A DNA stretch of 63,606 bases, counting the filler, from Octopus bimaculoides (Eukaryota): NCBI RefSeq assembly GCF_001194135.2. It is 5 parts of 4 records of this genome, joined end to end, with 100 filler letters (N's around TTAATTAATTAA, not from the genome) between each part and the next. Parts side by side here need not be neighbours in the genome. Positions count along the whole stretch, not along the records: positions 1 to 30,077 come from NC_068985.1; 4 more parts are not named here. One strand, given 5' to 3'. The translations under genes were made by a program, and so were the position numbers. How positions within the stretch are numbered: the stretch's first letter is position 1; each line of letters opens with the position of its first letter. The notes under the pieces are model-generated. The model was not told the origin of the DNA and ran no database searches. It saw only the letters and a list, made by a program, of their open reading frames with translations. Shown piece after piece: positions 1 through 11,545 of the stretch.

Positions 1-70
<70 letters not shown>
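1..70. repeat. (GT)n microsatellite, representative of many (GT)n/(AT)n/(ATGT)n/(GATA)n tracts in the window
   Basis: Read directly from the sequence. Confidence 0.98.
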
Positions 71-76
<6 letters not shown>

Positions 77-1532
77 ATTTGTATATATAGTCTAGAAGTC
101 AGTCCTGTGTATATATAACGAGCTTCGTAACTACTTTGCCAATGCCTGAACTTGTATACTTTTCCTTTTACTTGTTCAGGAAGCTGTGACCTTGCTGGGA
201 CACCGTCATTGGTAGTGTTGCTTAGTTATTTCATTTCATTTCGACGGTACACTTCCCGTCTTTAGTTTTGATGAACGAAGGAGTTACACATCACCCTCTC
301 CAAATCCATTTCGTAAAATGTTCACCCGGTATCTCAGATAAAAATTTGTTTAAGAGATGTTTTTCAGTACATCCACATATGCACCTTTTAAATCTCTGGG
401 GTTTTTCTTGGCAATGTTTATTTGTAACATCTATTTCATATTACTTAATCGTTTGATAGTTAAATTAACGTACTCTAAAACAGACGGAATTTTTTTTTTC
501 TTATAGATCAACACGATGAATTTGTAAAAGTGAAGATGTCAACATCTTGTTACGATACCAAGAGGTAATATCAATTTCTTTTCCTAAATATAGGAATTGC
601 CTATCACAGATATAAAGATAAGATAAATGTTTACACAATGATGTAAATAATTTCTCATATGCTTATTAACGTTTACTGAGCAAATGTTAGAAACGTATAT
701 ATAGAATGCGTGTGTGTATGAGTGTGTGTATTTGTGTGAATGAGTGCACATGTGTGTGTATATATGCGTGTATGTGTATGTGTGTGTGCGTGTGTGACTG
801 TGTGTGCGCGTGTATGTGTGTATGCATGTGTATATATATATATATATNNNNNNNNNNNNNNNNNNNNNNNNNNNNNNNNNNNNNNNNNNNNNNNNNNNNN
901 NNNNNNNNNNNNNNNNNNNNNNNNNNNNNNNNNNNNNNNNNNNNNNNNNNNNNNNNNNNNNNNNNNNNNNNNNNNNNNNNNNNNNNNNNNNNNNNNNNNN
1001 NNNNNNNNNNNNNNNNNNNNNNNNNNNNNNNNNNNNNNNNNNNNNNNNNNNNNNNNNNNNNNNNNNNNNNNNNNNNNNNNNNNNNNNNNNNNNNNNNNNN
1101 NNNNNNNNNNNNNNNNNNNNNNNNNNNNNNNNNNNNNNNNNNNNNNNNNNNNNNNNNNNNNNNNNNNNNNNNNNNNNNNNNNNNNNNNNNNNNNNNNNNN
1201 NNNNNNNNNNNNNNNNNNNNNNNNNNNNNNNNNNNNNNNNNNNNNNNNNNNNNNNNNNNNNNNNNNNNNNNNNNNNNNNNNNNNNNNNNNNNNNNNNNNN
1301 NNNNNNNNNNNNNNNNNNNNNNNNNNNNNNNNNNNNNNNNNNNNNNNNNNNNNNNNNNNNNNNNNNNNNNNNNNNNNNNNNNNNNNNNNNNNNNNNNNNN
1401 NNNNNNNNNNNNNNNNNNNNNNNNNNNNNNNNNNATATATATATATATATATATATATATAGATATATATATAGATATATATATATGTCATTGTGTTGCC
1501 CTTCTTGTAGGTATATATGTTTGTATGCATGC

Positions 1533-1680
1533 ATGACGGGCGTCTTTCAGTTTCCGTCTACCAAATCCACTCACAGAGCTTTGGTCGGCTCGGATCTGCA
1601 GTAGAATACACTCGATCAAGGTGCCACGTAGTGCGAGTGAATCCGGAGCCACATGGTTGGGAAGCAAGCTTCTTACCACA
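1533..1680 (-). mobile_element. tRNA-derived SINE, working name family A, 5' half
   Basis: Reverse complement matches the repeated unit TGTGGTAAG..CTTGCTT.CCAACCACATGG.TCCGG.TTCA...CCACTGCGTGGCACCTTG..AAAGCCTTGTGAGTGGATTTGGTAGACGGAAACTGAAAGA, also seen at 3988, 23706, 44030 and 55840. Confidence 0.85.
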
Positions 1681-2006
1681 TCTGTAACACACTTGATGAT
1701 GTTCCGGAACGTAGAGATTAACAATGAACATTGAAAAATATTTCATCTCTAAAATAACGTTAGTATTTCGAAAATTATTCATTTCAGACGCAACTGACTG
1801 GTTGTTATTTTATCGACATCTGAGGACTAAAACGACAAAAATATTTTAGGTGTTTGTGGTTCACCCTCGTAATGGAAAATAAATTGAGCTAAGCAATATG
1901 AGCCATTTTCTCTGAATTCTTGATGTTGCTATCCACTACCTATGTTTCGTTTACTGAAGAAGGCAAATAGTTTAAATGAAACGAAAGAAATCAAAAGTTC
2001 TCTTAC

Positions 2007-2129
2007 CTTCACATGAGGCGCTATCCTTGCTTAACTGGAAACCATGGACACAGGAACAAACAAACGAGCCAGGTTGATTGTAACATAGCTGGCTACATCC
2101 TCCATTATTCATTAAACATTCGTTGACAT
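2007..2129 (-). CDS. cbEGF exon, last visible 3' exon: [41 protein letters not shown]
   Basis: Acceptor tttcag|AT, donor G|gtaaga, 123 bp, phase 1-1, six Cys with cbEGF spacing, no stop. Confidence 0.95.
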
Positions 2130-2327
2130 CTGAAACGATTCCATTGTTTTCATAAGTCTAAATTAGTAAGGATTCTTATGATGAGGAATCAGATGAGAAG
2201 ATAGGATGGAAAGGAGGGGGAGGAGAATAATAACGAAAGGGAGAATTATGCAGAGGGTGCAAGGTATGATGGTGACTATGATGAGAAGGAGAGAAAAAAT
2301 GATGATAATGATGATGAAGCGACGAAG

Positions 2328-2630
2328 TTTTGCAGTTTCATTTTACTAAATTCTACGTATAAATTATTAGTCAAATCCAACGTTATTGCGGAAGATATTT
2401 GTTTCAGGTGTGCTGCAGCGTGGGATCGAACTAGGATCCACATGGTTGCGAATAAAACTTCTTAACCATACACCTAACGTGTATACGTTGCATGGGTTCT
2501 TTCTACTAAATTCTACACACAATTAGTTAGATCCAATGTAATTGCGGAAGATACTTGCCTTAGCTGTGTTGTAGTGTGGGATCGAACTAGGAATCACACG
2601 GTTGCGAGTAAAATTTCTTAACCACATAGC
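2328..2630 (-). mobile_element. Two adjacent degenerate family-A SINE head fragments
   Basis: Two similar ~140-bp copies (ctaaattctac...gggatcgaactagga..cac.tggttgcga.taaaa.ttcttaacca) matching the reverse complement of the family A head. Confidence 0.65.
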
Positions 2631-2794
2631 ACACACACACACACACACATATGTGTGTGTGTGTGCGTGTGTTGCGTAGTTGCTGCGAACCGATCGCCTT
2701 TACTACACATCCATGCCTCTACCAAATAACAACATGCTACCTTATAATTGTACTAAAATTTTTACCCGCTCATTTCTTTTTCTGAAATAAGCAG

Positions 2795-3450
2795 TAAAGG
2801 TCACAAACATAACCAACAAGATCAGTAATAGTCAAACTCTGCAACAATATCCAAGGTCAACAGAGGTCACAGCGATGACCAACATCGACTATAAAAGACA
2901 CAGCAATAGCCACAATCACTAAAGGTGATCTCCGAGGTCGGTAGAAGTAACCGCGATAACTAATGAGGTCAGAGTGAAGATTAAGTCGATCAGTGAAAGT
3001 CATAGCAATAACCAAGGAAGCCGATAAAGGCACAGCAATGTCCAAGGTCAATAGAGGTCACAGTAATAACTAACAAGGTCATTGACGGTCACTGATATCC
3101 TACAAGGTCAGTAAAAGGATGTAGCATTATGAAAGGTCAGCAGAAGTCACAGCGATATCCAAGGTCAGTAAATATCACAGCTGTAACTAACAAGGTCAGG
3201 AAATTTCACAGAGTCAACCAAAGTCAGTGGTATTCAATGTCAGGAGAGGTCGCAGTGATATCCAATGTCAAGAGAGGTTACTGCGATAGTCATTTGGGTT
3301 AGTAAACGTCATAGGAGTAACCAGCGAGGTAACTAAAGGTTAAAGCATTAACTAACATAAGTAAAGGTCACAATGATAACCAAAAGTGTTAGTAAAGGTC
3401 ACAATGATCGCCAACAAAGTAATAAAGGTCAAAACGATATAAACCAATAA
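2795..3450. repeat. Degenerate ~29-31 bp minisatellite rich in AGGTCA
   Basis: AGGTCA recurs at 3045, 3076, 3105, 3134, 3162 and 3193 (spacing 28-31 bp) and at 3365, 3396 and 3426; 14 exact hexamers counted. Confidence 0.85.
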
Positions 3451-3470
3451 GTCCAAAATTTGAATCTTAC

Positions 3471-3593
3471 CTTCACATGTTTTCATGTCAGTCTGCAGAT
3501 GATAGCCAGTCTGGCAACTGCAAAAATGGGTTCCAATAAGATTATGACACAATTGAGAGCAGCCGCCGTTTTGATGATCACATTCGTTGATAT
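3471..3593 (-). CDS. cbEGF exon: [41 protein letters not shown]
   Basis: ttgacag|AT ... GAAG|gtaaga, 123 bp, phase 1-1; lies within ORF 3352..3606. Confidence 0.95.
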
Positions 3594-3629
3594 CTGTCAA
3601 ATACATAGACTAGGTTTGAACGTTTGTAC

Positions 3630-3745
3630 ATGGTGGCCAGTGGCTGAGTGGTAAATAGCCTGCTTACCAACCACATGGTTCCGGATTCAGTGCCACTGCG
3701 TGGCACCTTGGGAAAATGTGTTCTACTATAGCCATGGATGGATGG
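3630..3745 (+). mobile_element. Family-A SINE 5' fragment
   Basis: A-box-like TGGCTGAGTGG and B-box-like GGATTCAGTGCC; matches the other copies. Confidence 0.8.
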
Positions 3746-3987
3746 ATTATATATGTATATACCTACTAAAGCAGAAGAAATGTTCAAAATTACCCCCGAC
3801 AACCGTTGAGAGCTCGTACTTGTTAATTCCTTAACGTATTAAATCTGTGGTTCATACCAAAGGAGAATCAACTCCGTATGGAATAATATAACTTCCATTT
3901 TACAAGATGTTTTTATTATTTTACCCAAGCCCTGCACACACAGCGCACGCACACACACACACATATACATACATACATACATATATA

Positions 3988-4375
3988 TTGCTTCCCAGCC
4001 ACATGGTTCCGGGTTCAGTCCCACTGCATGATACCTTGGACAAGTGTCTTCTACTATAGCCTCGGGTCGATCAAAGCCTTGTGGGTGGATTTGATAAACA
4101 GAAACTGAAAGAAGCCCGTCGTGTATATATATATTTGTGTGTGTACGCGCGCGCGCGTGTATGTCTTTGTGTCTGTGTTTGTCTCCCGACCATCGCTTGA
4201 CAACTGATGGTGGTGTGTTTATATCCCCGAAACCTAGCGGTTCGGTCCGGCCAAAGAGGCCGATCGAATAAGTACTAGGCTTACAAAGAATAAGTACTAG
4301 GGTGGAATGTTTTCGACTAAAGGCGGTACTTCAGCATTGCCGCACTGAAATGACCGAAACGTGAAAAAAAAAAAT
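3988..4375 (+). mobile_element. Family-A SINE, near full length with internal (AT/GT) microsatellite
   Basis: Collinear with the copy at 44030-44403 (head, microsatellite, gaataagtactaggcttacaaagaataag body, aaggcggt...aaatga.tgaaac tail). Confidence 0.85.
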
Positions 4376-4525
4376 AAAAAGGAGAATATACAAGGTGTCC
4401 ACAAGGTCTGGGTACATGGAGTAAATAAAATCATAACATTAACAATTAAATATAAGAAATGATAATTTTTTAAAGTATGTGTTAATCCCCACATATATTG
4501 GCGTTCTCAAACTTCTTTTTTATGA

Positions 4526-4568
<43 letters not shown>

Positions 4569-4936
4569 CACATATATATTTCAGGAGTTGAACAACCTTG
4601 TTTGGCAAGGTTCCAGGCAGTGTAGGTTGTACCTTAATAAGAATATTTTCGAAGTCAGCCTGCTCTTAGAAAGCACGTCATGCTAAATTGAGAGTATAAA
4701 CAATATCATCATCATCCTCATCATCAACCTCCCTCTTCCTCTTCCTACTACTACTACTACTACTACTACTACCACTACAGCTACTGACGTCTTCCTCTTT
4801 ATCATCACCTCATCATTATCTGTGCTGTTGCTAATGTCATCGTAATCATAAGTACGTTATGTTCTTTTTGCTGTTTTTTTTCTTCAGTAGTTTCATGCTA
4901 GTTTCTATTGCATCACTTGGTGCACCTATCCGTCGC

Positions 4937-4998
<62 letters not shown>

Positions 4999-5059
4999 AA
5001 CATTATATTTATAATGGAAACTGGGTCGAGTGTAGACTCTTCCTGTTAGTTTACTGCAT

Positions 5060-5575
5060 CAGTTTTGTTTTGTTGCGAGGTTTGGTATCGTGAATCTTGT
5101 TATGAAGAGCTCCTACAATCACTGGTATTGTAACCATCTTGAGATTCCCCATCTGTTCGATTTCAATCAGCAAATCTTTACATTTTCTGCGCTTATCAAA
5201 TTCTTTTGCCGAGACATTACGATCACAAGGTATGCTCATGTCAATCAATAAACAGACTTTATTGCTTTGGTATTTCACAACAATATCTGGTTTATTTGCT
5301 CTGGTGCTTCGGTTTGTATATACTGAAAAGTCCCTAAGAATCGTTAAATTTTCTTCGTCATTCATAGCTTCAAGATGGTGCTTATACCATTTGTCAACTG
5401 TTTTGATTTCATAATGCCGACATATTAACAAGTGTAAATATTGGCCAACTCTGTCATGTCTTGATTTATATTCTTTAGGTGCTAAACCTTTTCATCCAAA
5501 ATTAGGTGGTAGATTGTTCCAATCTCATCGTTGCAGTATCAGCACTTTGGGTCTACTCCATTTTTCCTCACATTG
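5060..5575 (-). mobile_element. Non-LTR retrotransposon 3' fragment, R4/Dong-like (degenerate CCHC knuckle plus restriction-like endonuclease)
   Basis: Translation gives PKC*YC...H...SRHDRVGQYLH...ICRHY, then ANKPDIVV...LLIDMSIPCD.NVSAKEFDK...IPVIVGAL, the PD-(D/E)xK REL domain typical of R2/R4 elements. Confidence 0.85.
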
Positions 5576-5578
5576 GCT

Positions 5579-5655
5579 TCTTCTTCTTCTTCTTCTTCTT
5601 CTTCTCCTCCTCCTCCTCCTCCTTCTCCTTCTTCTTCTAATTATTATTATTGTTG

Positions 5656-5733
<78 letters not shown>

Positions 5734-5738
5734 TTATT
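5579..5738. repeat. Compound (CTT)n(CCT)n(TTG)n(TTA)n microsatellite
   Basis: Direct reading; it accounts for the poly-L/I/S/Y ORFs. Confidence 0.95.
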
Positions 5739-5995
5739 TAAGGTGGTGAGCTGGCATAATCCTTAGCACGCCAGGCGAAATGCTCATCCGTCTTTACGTT
5801 CTGAGTTCAATTGCTGCTGAGAGCGACTTTGCCTTTCATCCTTTCGGGGTGGATAAAACAAAAACGTGATGGATACTGGGGTATAACAAGTGCCAGATTT
5901 AAAATAAGAACTAAGGTCGATTATTTCGATTTAAACACTTCAAGTTGTTGTCCCAGCATTGCCACAGTTTAGTGAATGATACAAATAAAAGAATG
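5739..5995 (+). mobile_element. tRNA-derived SINE, working name family B
   Basis: Head AAGGTGGTGAGCTGGCATAATCCTTAGCACGCC (A box), GAGTTCAATT (B box), then gactttgcctttcatcctttcgggg. Confidence 0.85.
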
Positions 5996-7083
5996 TAGAA
6001 GAATAGAACGGTTGTAATGAAGATAAAAGCATTTGAATAATTGATAAAATATGTAAGGTATGGAGAAGGAAAAGTTAGTCCATGAGAAACATTAAGATAA
6101 TTTGAGTCAAGAATGTAAGGGAGATAATTGCAGATATATTTCAGTTTTATTGGCTTCGTGCATATGTTTGTAATTTCTTATTATCAATGGTGAGCGAGCT
6201 GACAGAGCAGTTAAGGCTTTGGAAAAAAATTATTTACTGTATCTGTTTCGTCTTTTTATGTCCTGAGGCTTCCGCTCAATTTCTAGACACCTGGTTACAT
6301 TTGGGCAACAGACATAGATTCATAGATATCACACCTGGTAATATACAGTCAGAAATTCATTTTGACGACTATAGTCTCGGCCTGGGTAGCTTCCTTTACA
6401 TCATAGTAACCCAGCTAGTTTTTCACGTGCTGGATTTTCGACCATGTGATCCGCCTTCAGCAATAATAATCAACCACATTAGTGCTCTTCAGAAACACCC
6501 ATTATTTTCGCCCTATGAACACATCTATCTGCCCATGTCTCTAAATATCTGTCTATTCACCTATTTATCAACCCATCTACCTATTCATCTAACTACATAG
6601 CTATTCAGATTTTGCCTGTCTGTTTGCCCCTTGGTCATCCATTTTAATTCCAATTATTCCATTTTCGTCCTAATTTTTATTCTATATTTTTTTATATATT
6701 CTTTTGTTTTGATGCTTTTAATGGAGCGGAACTTTTCCATTTGACTTACATGTTTACATTAAAGTTAGCATACATGCATGTGTGTATATGTGTACATATG
6801 TGTGTGTGTATGTGTATGTCTGCATGTACATATATGCACATGCATATATGTGTATGTGGGTGTGTGCACGAACACATACACATATTATATATATATATGT
6901 GTGTGTGTGTGTGCGTGTCTGTGTCTGTGTATTTTTTTGAATGTAGGTATTTATATATGTATGCGTTTAATAAGTTTATTAATAGGATCTACTGACCAAT
7001 CCTTCGAACTAATTTCGTTCACTTGGGAAGGACATAGAGGGTGGAACATTTATAAAACATAATACTGACCAGTGGTGACTTAC

Positions 7084-7203
7084 CTGTACAACTACGTCCG
7101 TCGTCCAGCAGTTTATAGCCACTTCGACAACTGCAGTAGAAATGTCCTTTCGTGTTTTCACATATTTGGTCACAATGCTGTGTCAGCCAACACTCGTTTA
7201 TAT
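7084..7203 (-). CDS. cbEGF exon (120 bp): DINECWLTQHCDQICENTKGHFYCSCRSGYKLLDDGRSCT
   Basis: Pyrimidine tract plus gtatccag|AT, donor G|gtaagt, phase 1-1; one codon shorter than the others. Confidence 0.93.
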
Positions 7204-7398
7204 CTGGATACGAAACATGAAAGAGAAGAGGAGAGAGAGAAAGAGAGAGAGTGAGTGAGTGATAGTGACAAAATTGGAAGGCATGTTAAGGGGTTGAAGT
7301 CATCGAATTCCCCATAAGAAAGGTGTCAACCCATCGGGTCATTGTGGACTTGGAGATTGAATAAAGAGAAGTTGATATTATTAATGTTTAACTCGAAC

Positions 7399-7429
<31 letters not shown>

Positions 7430-7922
7430 TGTATGTATGTATGCATGTATGTACGTAAGTATTTATGCATGTACATATAAATGTATTTATATACGCCGAC
7501 AAGCTGGTACACCGGGGAAATTGTGAAGTGGAATTTCTTCTAGATTCGAATTCAACTTTCATCCTTTTGTGATAAATAATATAAAGTACCAATCGAGCAC
7601 TGGAGTCCATGTATGTATATATATATATATATATATATNNNNNNNNNNNNNTATATATATACGTGCATACATGTATATATATATATGCATATGCATATAT
7701 TTAAATACATATTCTGTATGTGTGACTCTAGTCAAAACTATTGAAAAGGTTGCAAGACACAACGAAAATTTTAGGAAAATAAAAATAATAAGTGGAAATT
7801 TAACGGTGAGTGTGTTAAATTTTAAGGCATGAAAAGAATATGACTCTCCCCAGACACAACAGAATATGCTTCAACACACGGAATCACATAAAAAATCTTG
7901 CAAACCAAATCCATATATATAT

Positions 7923-9193
7923 TAGGGTGTCCCAAAACAATGTATACGCACTTTAGCAGCTGATAGCTCAATTGATGGGGGTTTTTTTCCTTTCCAGATG
8001 GAACCCATTGGAATTAATGATGGCAGTCAGACTAAGCTTTGAACAAAGGAAATTCATTCTAAAATGCTACTGGAAGTGTGAAAGCGCAGCTGAAGTGCAA
8101 ACACTGTTTAGGAAGGAGTTTCAAACAGATCCACCTACGCGATTTACCATCACTCGAATTAGAGATAAGTTTGAAGCCGATGTAACTGTTCAGAATGTCA
8201 ACGAGAAGCGTTCCGGAAACCACGAACATCGACAACCCCAACAAAGCAAGAAAGAGTGCTGGAAGCGTATCACCAAAGTCCAAGAAAATCTGTGCGGCAA
8301 GTGAGTCATGAGGTAGGTATTTTAAAACCGCCTGTCCAACGCATTTTGAAGCGTTGTCAATGGAAAAGTTACGTTTCAAGATTAATTCATGGTGTTAATG
8401 ACGATGATCCAACCCTAAGAGTGCAGTATTGCGAGTGGTACTTAGCACGATGTGTAGAAGATGCACGCTTTCCAATAAAGATTGTGTGGAGTGATGAGGG
8501 CACATTCAATTTAAATGGTTCAATTAATCGCCACAATTGCACCAACTGGGGACCTGAGAATCCCCATATTATGGTGGAACACCCTGTCGATTTACCAGGA
8601 GTTACAGTGCGGTGTGGCTTATCATTAAGAGGATTAATTGGACCATTCTTTTTTGACGCTATTGTGACTGGTCCCGTTTATTTGAACTTGCTACAACAGT
8701 CTGTCATGCCAAGCGTTAGAGAAGACTTTGAAGATGAGGAGTTTTATTTTCAGCAAGATGGGGCACCCCCACACTACCATCGCTATGTTAGATCCTTCCT
8801 TGATGAGATCCTGCCAAACAGGTGGATTGGACGGAGGGGTTTCGTTGAATACCCTCCGCTTTCACCAGACCTCACAACACTAGACTTTTTATGGGGATAC
8901 CTAAAAGACAAAGTCTACGCTATAAAACCTGCAACAGTCGCTGATTTGAGAGCAGCCATTGACCAATAATGCACACAAATACCAAACGAATTGTTTCGTG
9001 ATATTTGCGATTCCATTACTTTGCGTTGTCAGCAGTTCCGGGACCAGAACGGACGCTAGTTTGAAAACAGGCATCGGTAAAACAATAAAATAAAGTCTGT
9101 AGATTCTATTAAATTTTGAAAATGAAATATATTTTACTAAACACCTACTTCACAGTTATTTAAAGTATGTATGCATTCTTTTGGGACACCCTA
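7923..9193 (+). mobile_element. Tc1/mariner-superfamily transposon, DD41D (rosa/Visitor-type), near full length
   Basis: ~33-bp TIRs TAGGGTGTCCCAAAA(C/G)AATG(T/C)ATAC.. in TA context; motifs [17 protein letters not shown] and SPDLTTLDF, with 41 residues counted between the second and third catalytic Asp. Confidence 0.9.
8017..9080 (+). pseudogene. Disrupted DD41D transposase
   Basis: ORF 7972..8304 and ORF 8256..8969 overlap in different frames; stop at 8967-8969, with transposase-like sequence continuing (CTQIPNELFRDICDS...). Confidence 0.88.
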
Positions 9194-9208
9194 TATATAT
9201 GTGTGTGT

Positions 9209-9259
<51 letters not shown>

Positions 9260-9654
9260 NNNNNNNNNNNNNNNNNNNNNNNNNNNNNNNNNNNNNNNNN
9301 NNNNNNNNNNNNNNNNNNNNNNNNNNNNNNNNNNNNNNNNNNNNNNNNNNNNNNNNNNNNNNNNNNNNNNNNNNNNNNNNNNNNNNNNNNACACATATGA
9401 TTGTGTATGTGATTAGTGTACGTGTAGTTATATATATGTATGCACATTCATATTAACACATATCTATAAGCTTATATATGTATATTTATATGTACACATA
9501 TATGTATTTGTGTGCGTGCGTGTATGTGTGTGTGTGTTTGTATGTCTGTGTGCGTGTGTTTGAGTGTCCTTTTATATAAACAGAGCTAAAAGTTGTGTAC
9601 TACCAGCTAGTAAAATTGATGCTCGGGTAATAAATCAATGACAATTAAATAATC

Positions 9655-9855
9655 CTTTCTACTATAGGCACAAGGACTGAAATTTCGGGCACGGGATAAG
9701 TCAAGTGCTCAGCTGGTAGTTATTTTATCAATCACGAAAGGATGAAAGGCAAAGTTGACCCCAGCGGCATGTGAGCTGAGAACATCAAGACGGACGAAAT
9801 GCCGCTAAACCTTTTTTTCTCGGTGCCTTAACGATTCTGCAAACTCAATACCTTC
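9655..9855 (-). mobile_element. Family-B SINE
   Basis: Reverse complement of the family B unit; head ends ~30 bp from the donor of exon 9885-10007. Confidence 0.8.
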
Positions 9856-9884
9856 AATCACAATGTAATACTGAAAGTTCATAC

Positions 9885-10007
9885 CTTCACATGTCTTTCT
9901 GTCGAATGATAGATGATACCCAGGTCTACATGAGCAGTAGAAAGATCCGTCAGTATTTTGACATAATTGACTACATCCACCGTTTGATGTCTTGCATTCG
10001 TTGATAT
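9885..10007 (-). CDS. cbEGF exon: [41 protein letters not shown]
   Basis: ttttgaaaag|AT ... GAAG|gtatga, 123 bp, phase 1-1. Confidence 0.95.
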
Positions 10008-10114
10008 CTTTTCAAAAGAAAGTTAAAACAAAGAATAAGGGCTTTTTAGCTCAAAATGTTAGTATATGTAAGAAAAGAATACATTCTAATATTATATGTG
10101 TTGGTGATGTTTAA

Positions 10115-10255
10115 CCCTTTAGCATTCAGATTACTCTGTCATTATTCACATTACCTATTTTTACTGACATTGAAGGGTAGGTGTGAGAGGCTACACCCGA
10201 CCAGTTTTAATATAAAAACAGGTATTTGGGTTAGGCAAGCAGACCAATATTTCCC
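10115..10255 (+). mobile_element. piggyBac-type MITE, truncated copy
   Basis: TTAA|CCCTTTAG..TTCAGATTACTCTGTC...GGGTAGGTGTGA matches the complete copy at 18954; right end missing where a SINE begins. Confidence 0.7.
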
Positions 10256-10261
10256 ACTGAT

Positions 10262-10392
10262 CGAATGGCGGACTGGAGTAATGTGAAATAAAGTGTTTTG
10301 CTCAAGAACACAATATGCTGCCCAGTCAGGAAATCGAAACCAGCACCTATCGATCGTGAGAGCAATAGCCTAACCGATAGGCTACGCGCCTT
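10262..10392 (-). mobile_element. tRNA-derived SINE, working name family C, head
   Basis: gtgaaataaagtgttttgctcaagaacacaa...cgaaacc...ctaacc..tag.c.acgcgccttca, same as 28840-28945 and 58545-58640. Confidence 0.8.
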
Positions 10393-11126
10393 CATTATGC
10401 ATATATATATATATATATATATANNNNNNNNNNNNNNNNNNNNNNNNNNNNNNNNNNNNNNNNNNNNNNNNNNNNNNNNNNNNNNNNNNNNNNNNNNNNN
10501 NNNNNNNNNNNNNNNNNNNNNNNNNNNNNNNNNNNNNNNNNNNNNNNNNNNNNNNNNNNNNNNNNNNNNNNNNNNNNNNNNNNNNNNNNNNNNNNNNNNN
10601 NNNNNNNNNNNNNNNNNNNNNNNNNNNNNNNNNNNNNNNNNNNNNNNNNNNNNNNNNNNNNNNNNNNNNNNNNNNNNNNNNNNNNNNNNNNNNNNNNNNN
10701 NNNNNNNNNNNNNNNNNNNNNNNNNNNNNNNNNNNNNNNNNNNNNNNNNNNNNNNNNNNNNNNNNNNNNNNNNNNNNNNNNNNNNNNNNNNNNNNNNNNN
10801 NNNNNNNNNNNNNNNNNNNNNNNNNNNNNNNNNNNNNNNNNNNNNNNNNNNNNNNNNNNNNNNNNNNNNNNNNNNNNNNNNNNNNNNNNNNNNNNNNNNN
10901 NNNNNNNNNNNNNNNNNNNNNNNNNNNNNNNNNNNNNNNNNNNNNNNNNNNNNNNNNNNNNNNNNNNNNNNNNNNNNNNNNNNNNNNNNNNNNNNNNNNN
11001 NNNNNNNNNNNNNNNNNNNNNNNNNNNNNNNNNNNNNNNNNNNNNNNNNNNNNNNNNNNNNNNNNNNNNNNNNNNNNNNNNNNNNNNNNNNNNNNNNNNN
11101 NNNNNNNNNNNNNNNNNNNNNNNNNN

Positions 11127-11162
<36 letters not shown>

Positions 11163-11545
11163 TATATATGATAATAAAGATTGCCAGAACGTAAACCTAT
11201 CCGACAATCTAACGACTCTGTCTACTGGCTGCTTAAACATACATGCGTTCTTACATGTGTATATGCGTACATATGTGTGTTTGTGTGTGTGTGTGTGTGT
11301 TTGTGTGCGAATATATTTTTTTTTTGTACATTCATGTATATATATTAATTTATATATTTTATATATTTTATACATATGTAAATAGATGTTTATACACTCT
11401 TACGAAGAATAAATCTTGAGGGTCGATCTCTTTGACTAAAACCCTTTAAGGCGGTGCTCCAGCACGGTGGAAGTCAAATGACTGAAACGTGTAAAAGAAT
11501 AAAAGAACACGTGTGTGTGTGTCTGTCTGTCTGTCTGTCTGTCAA

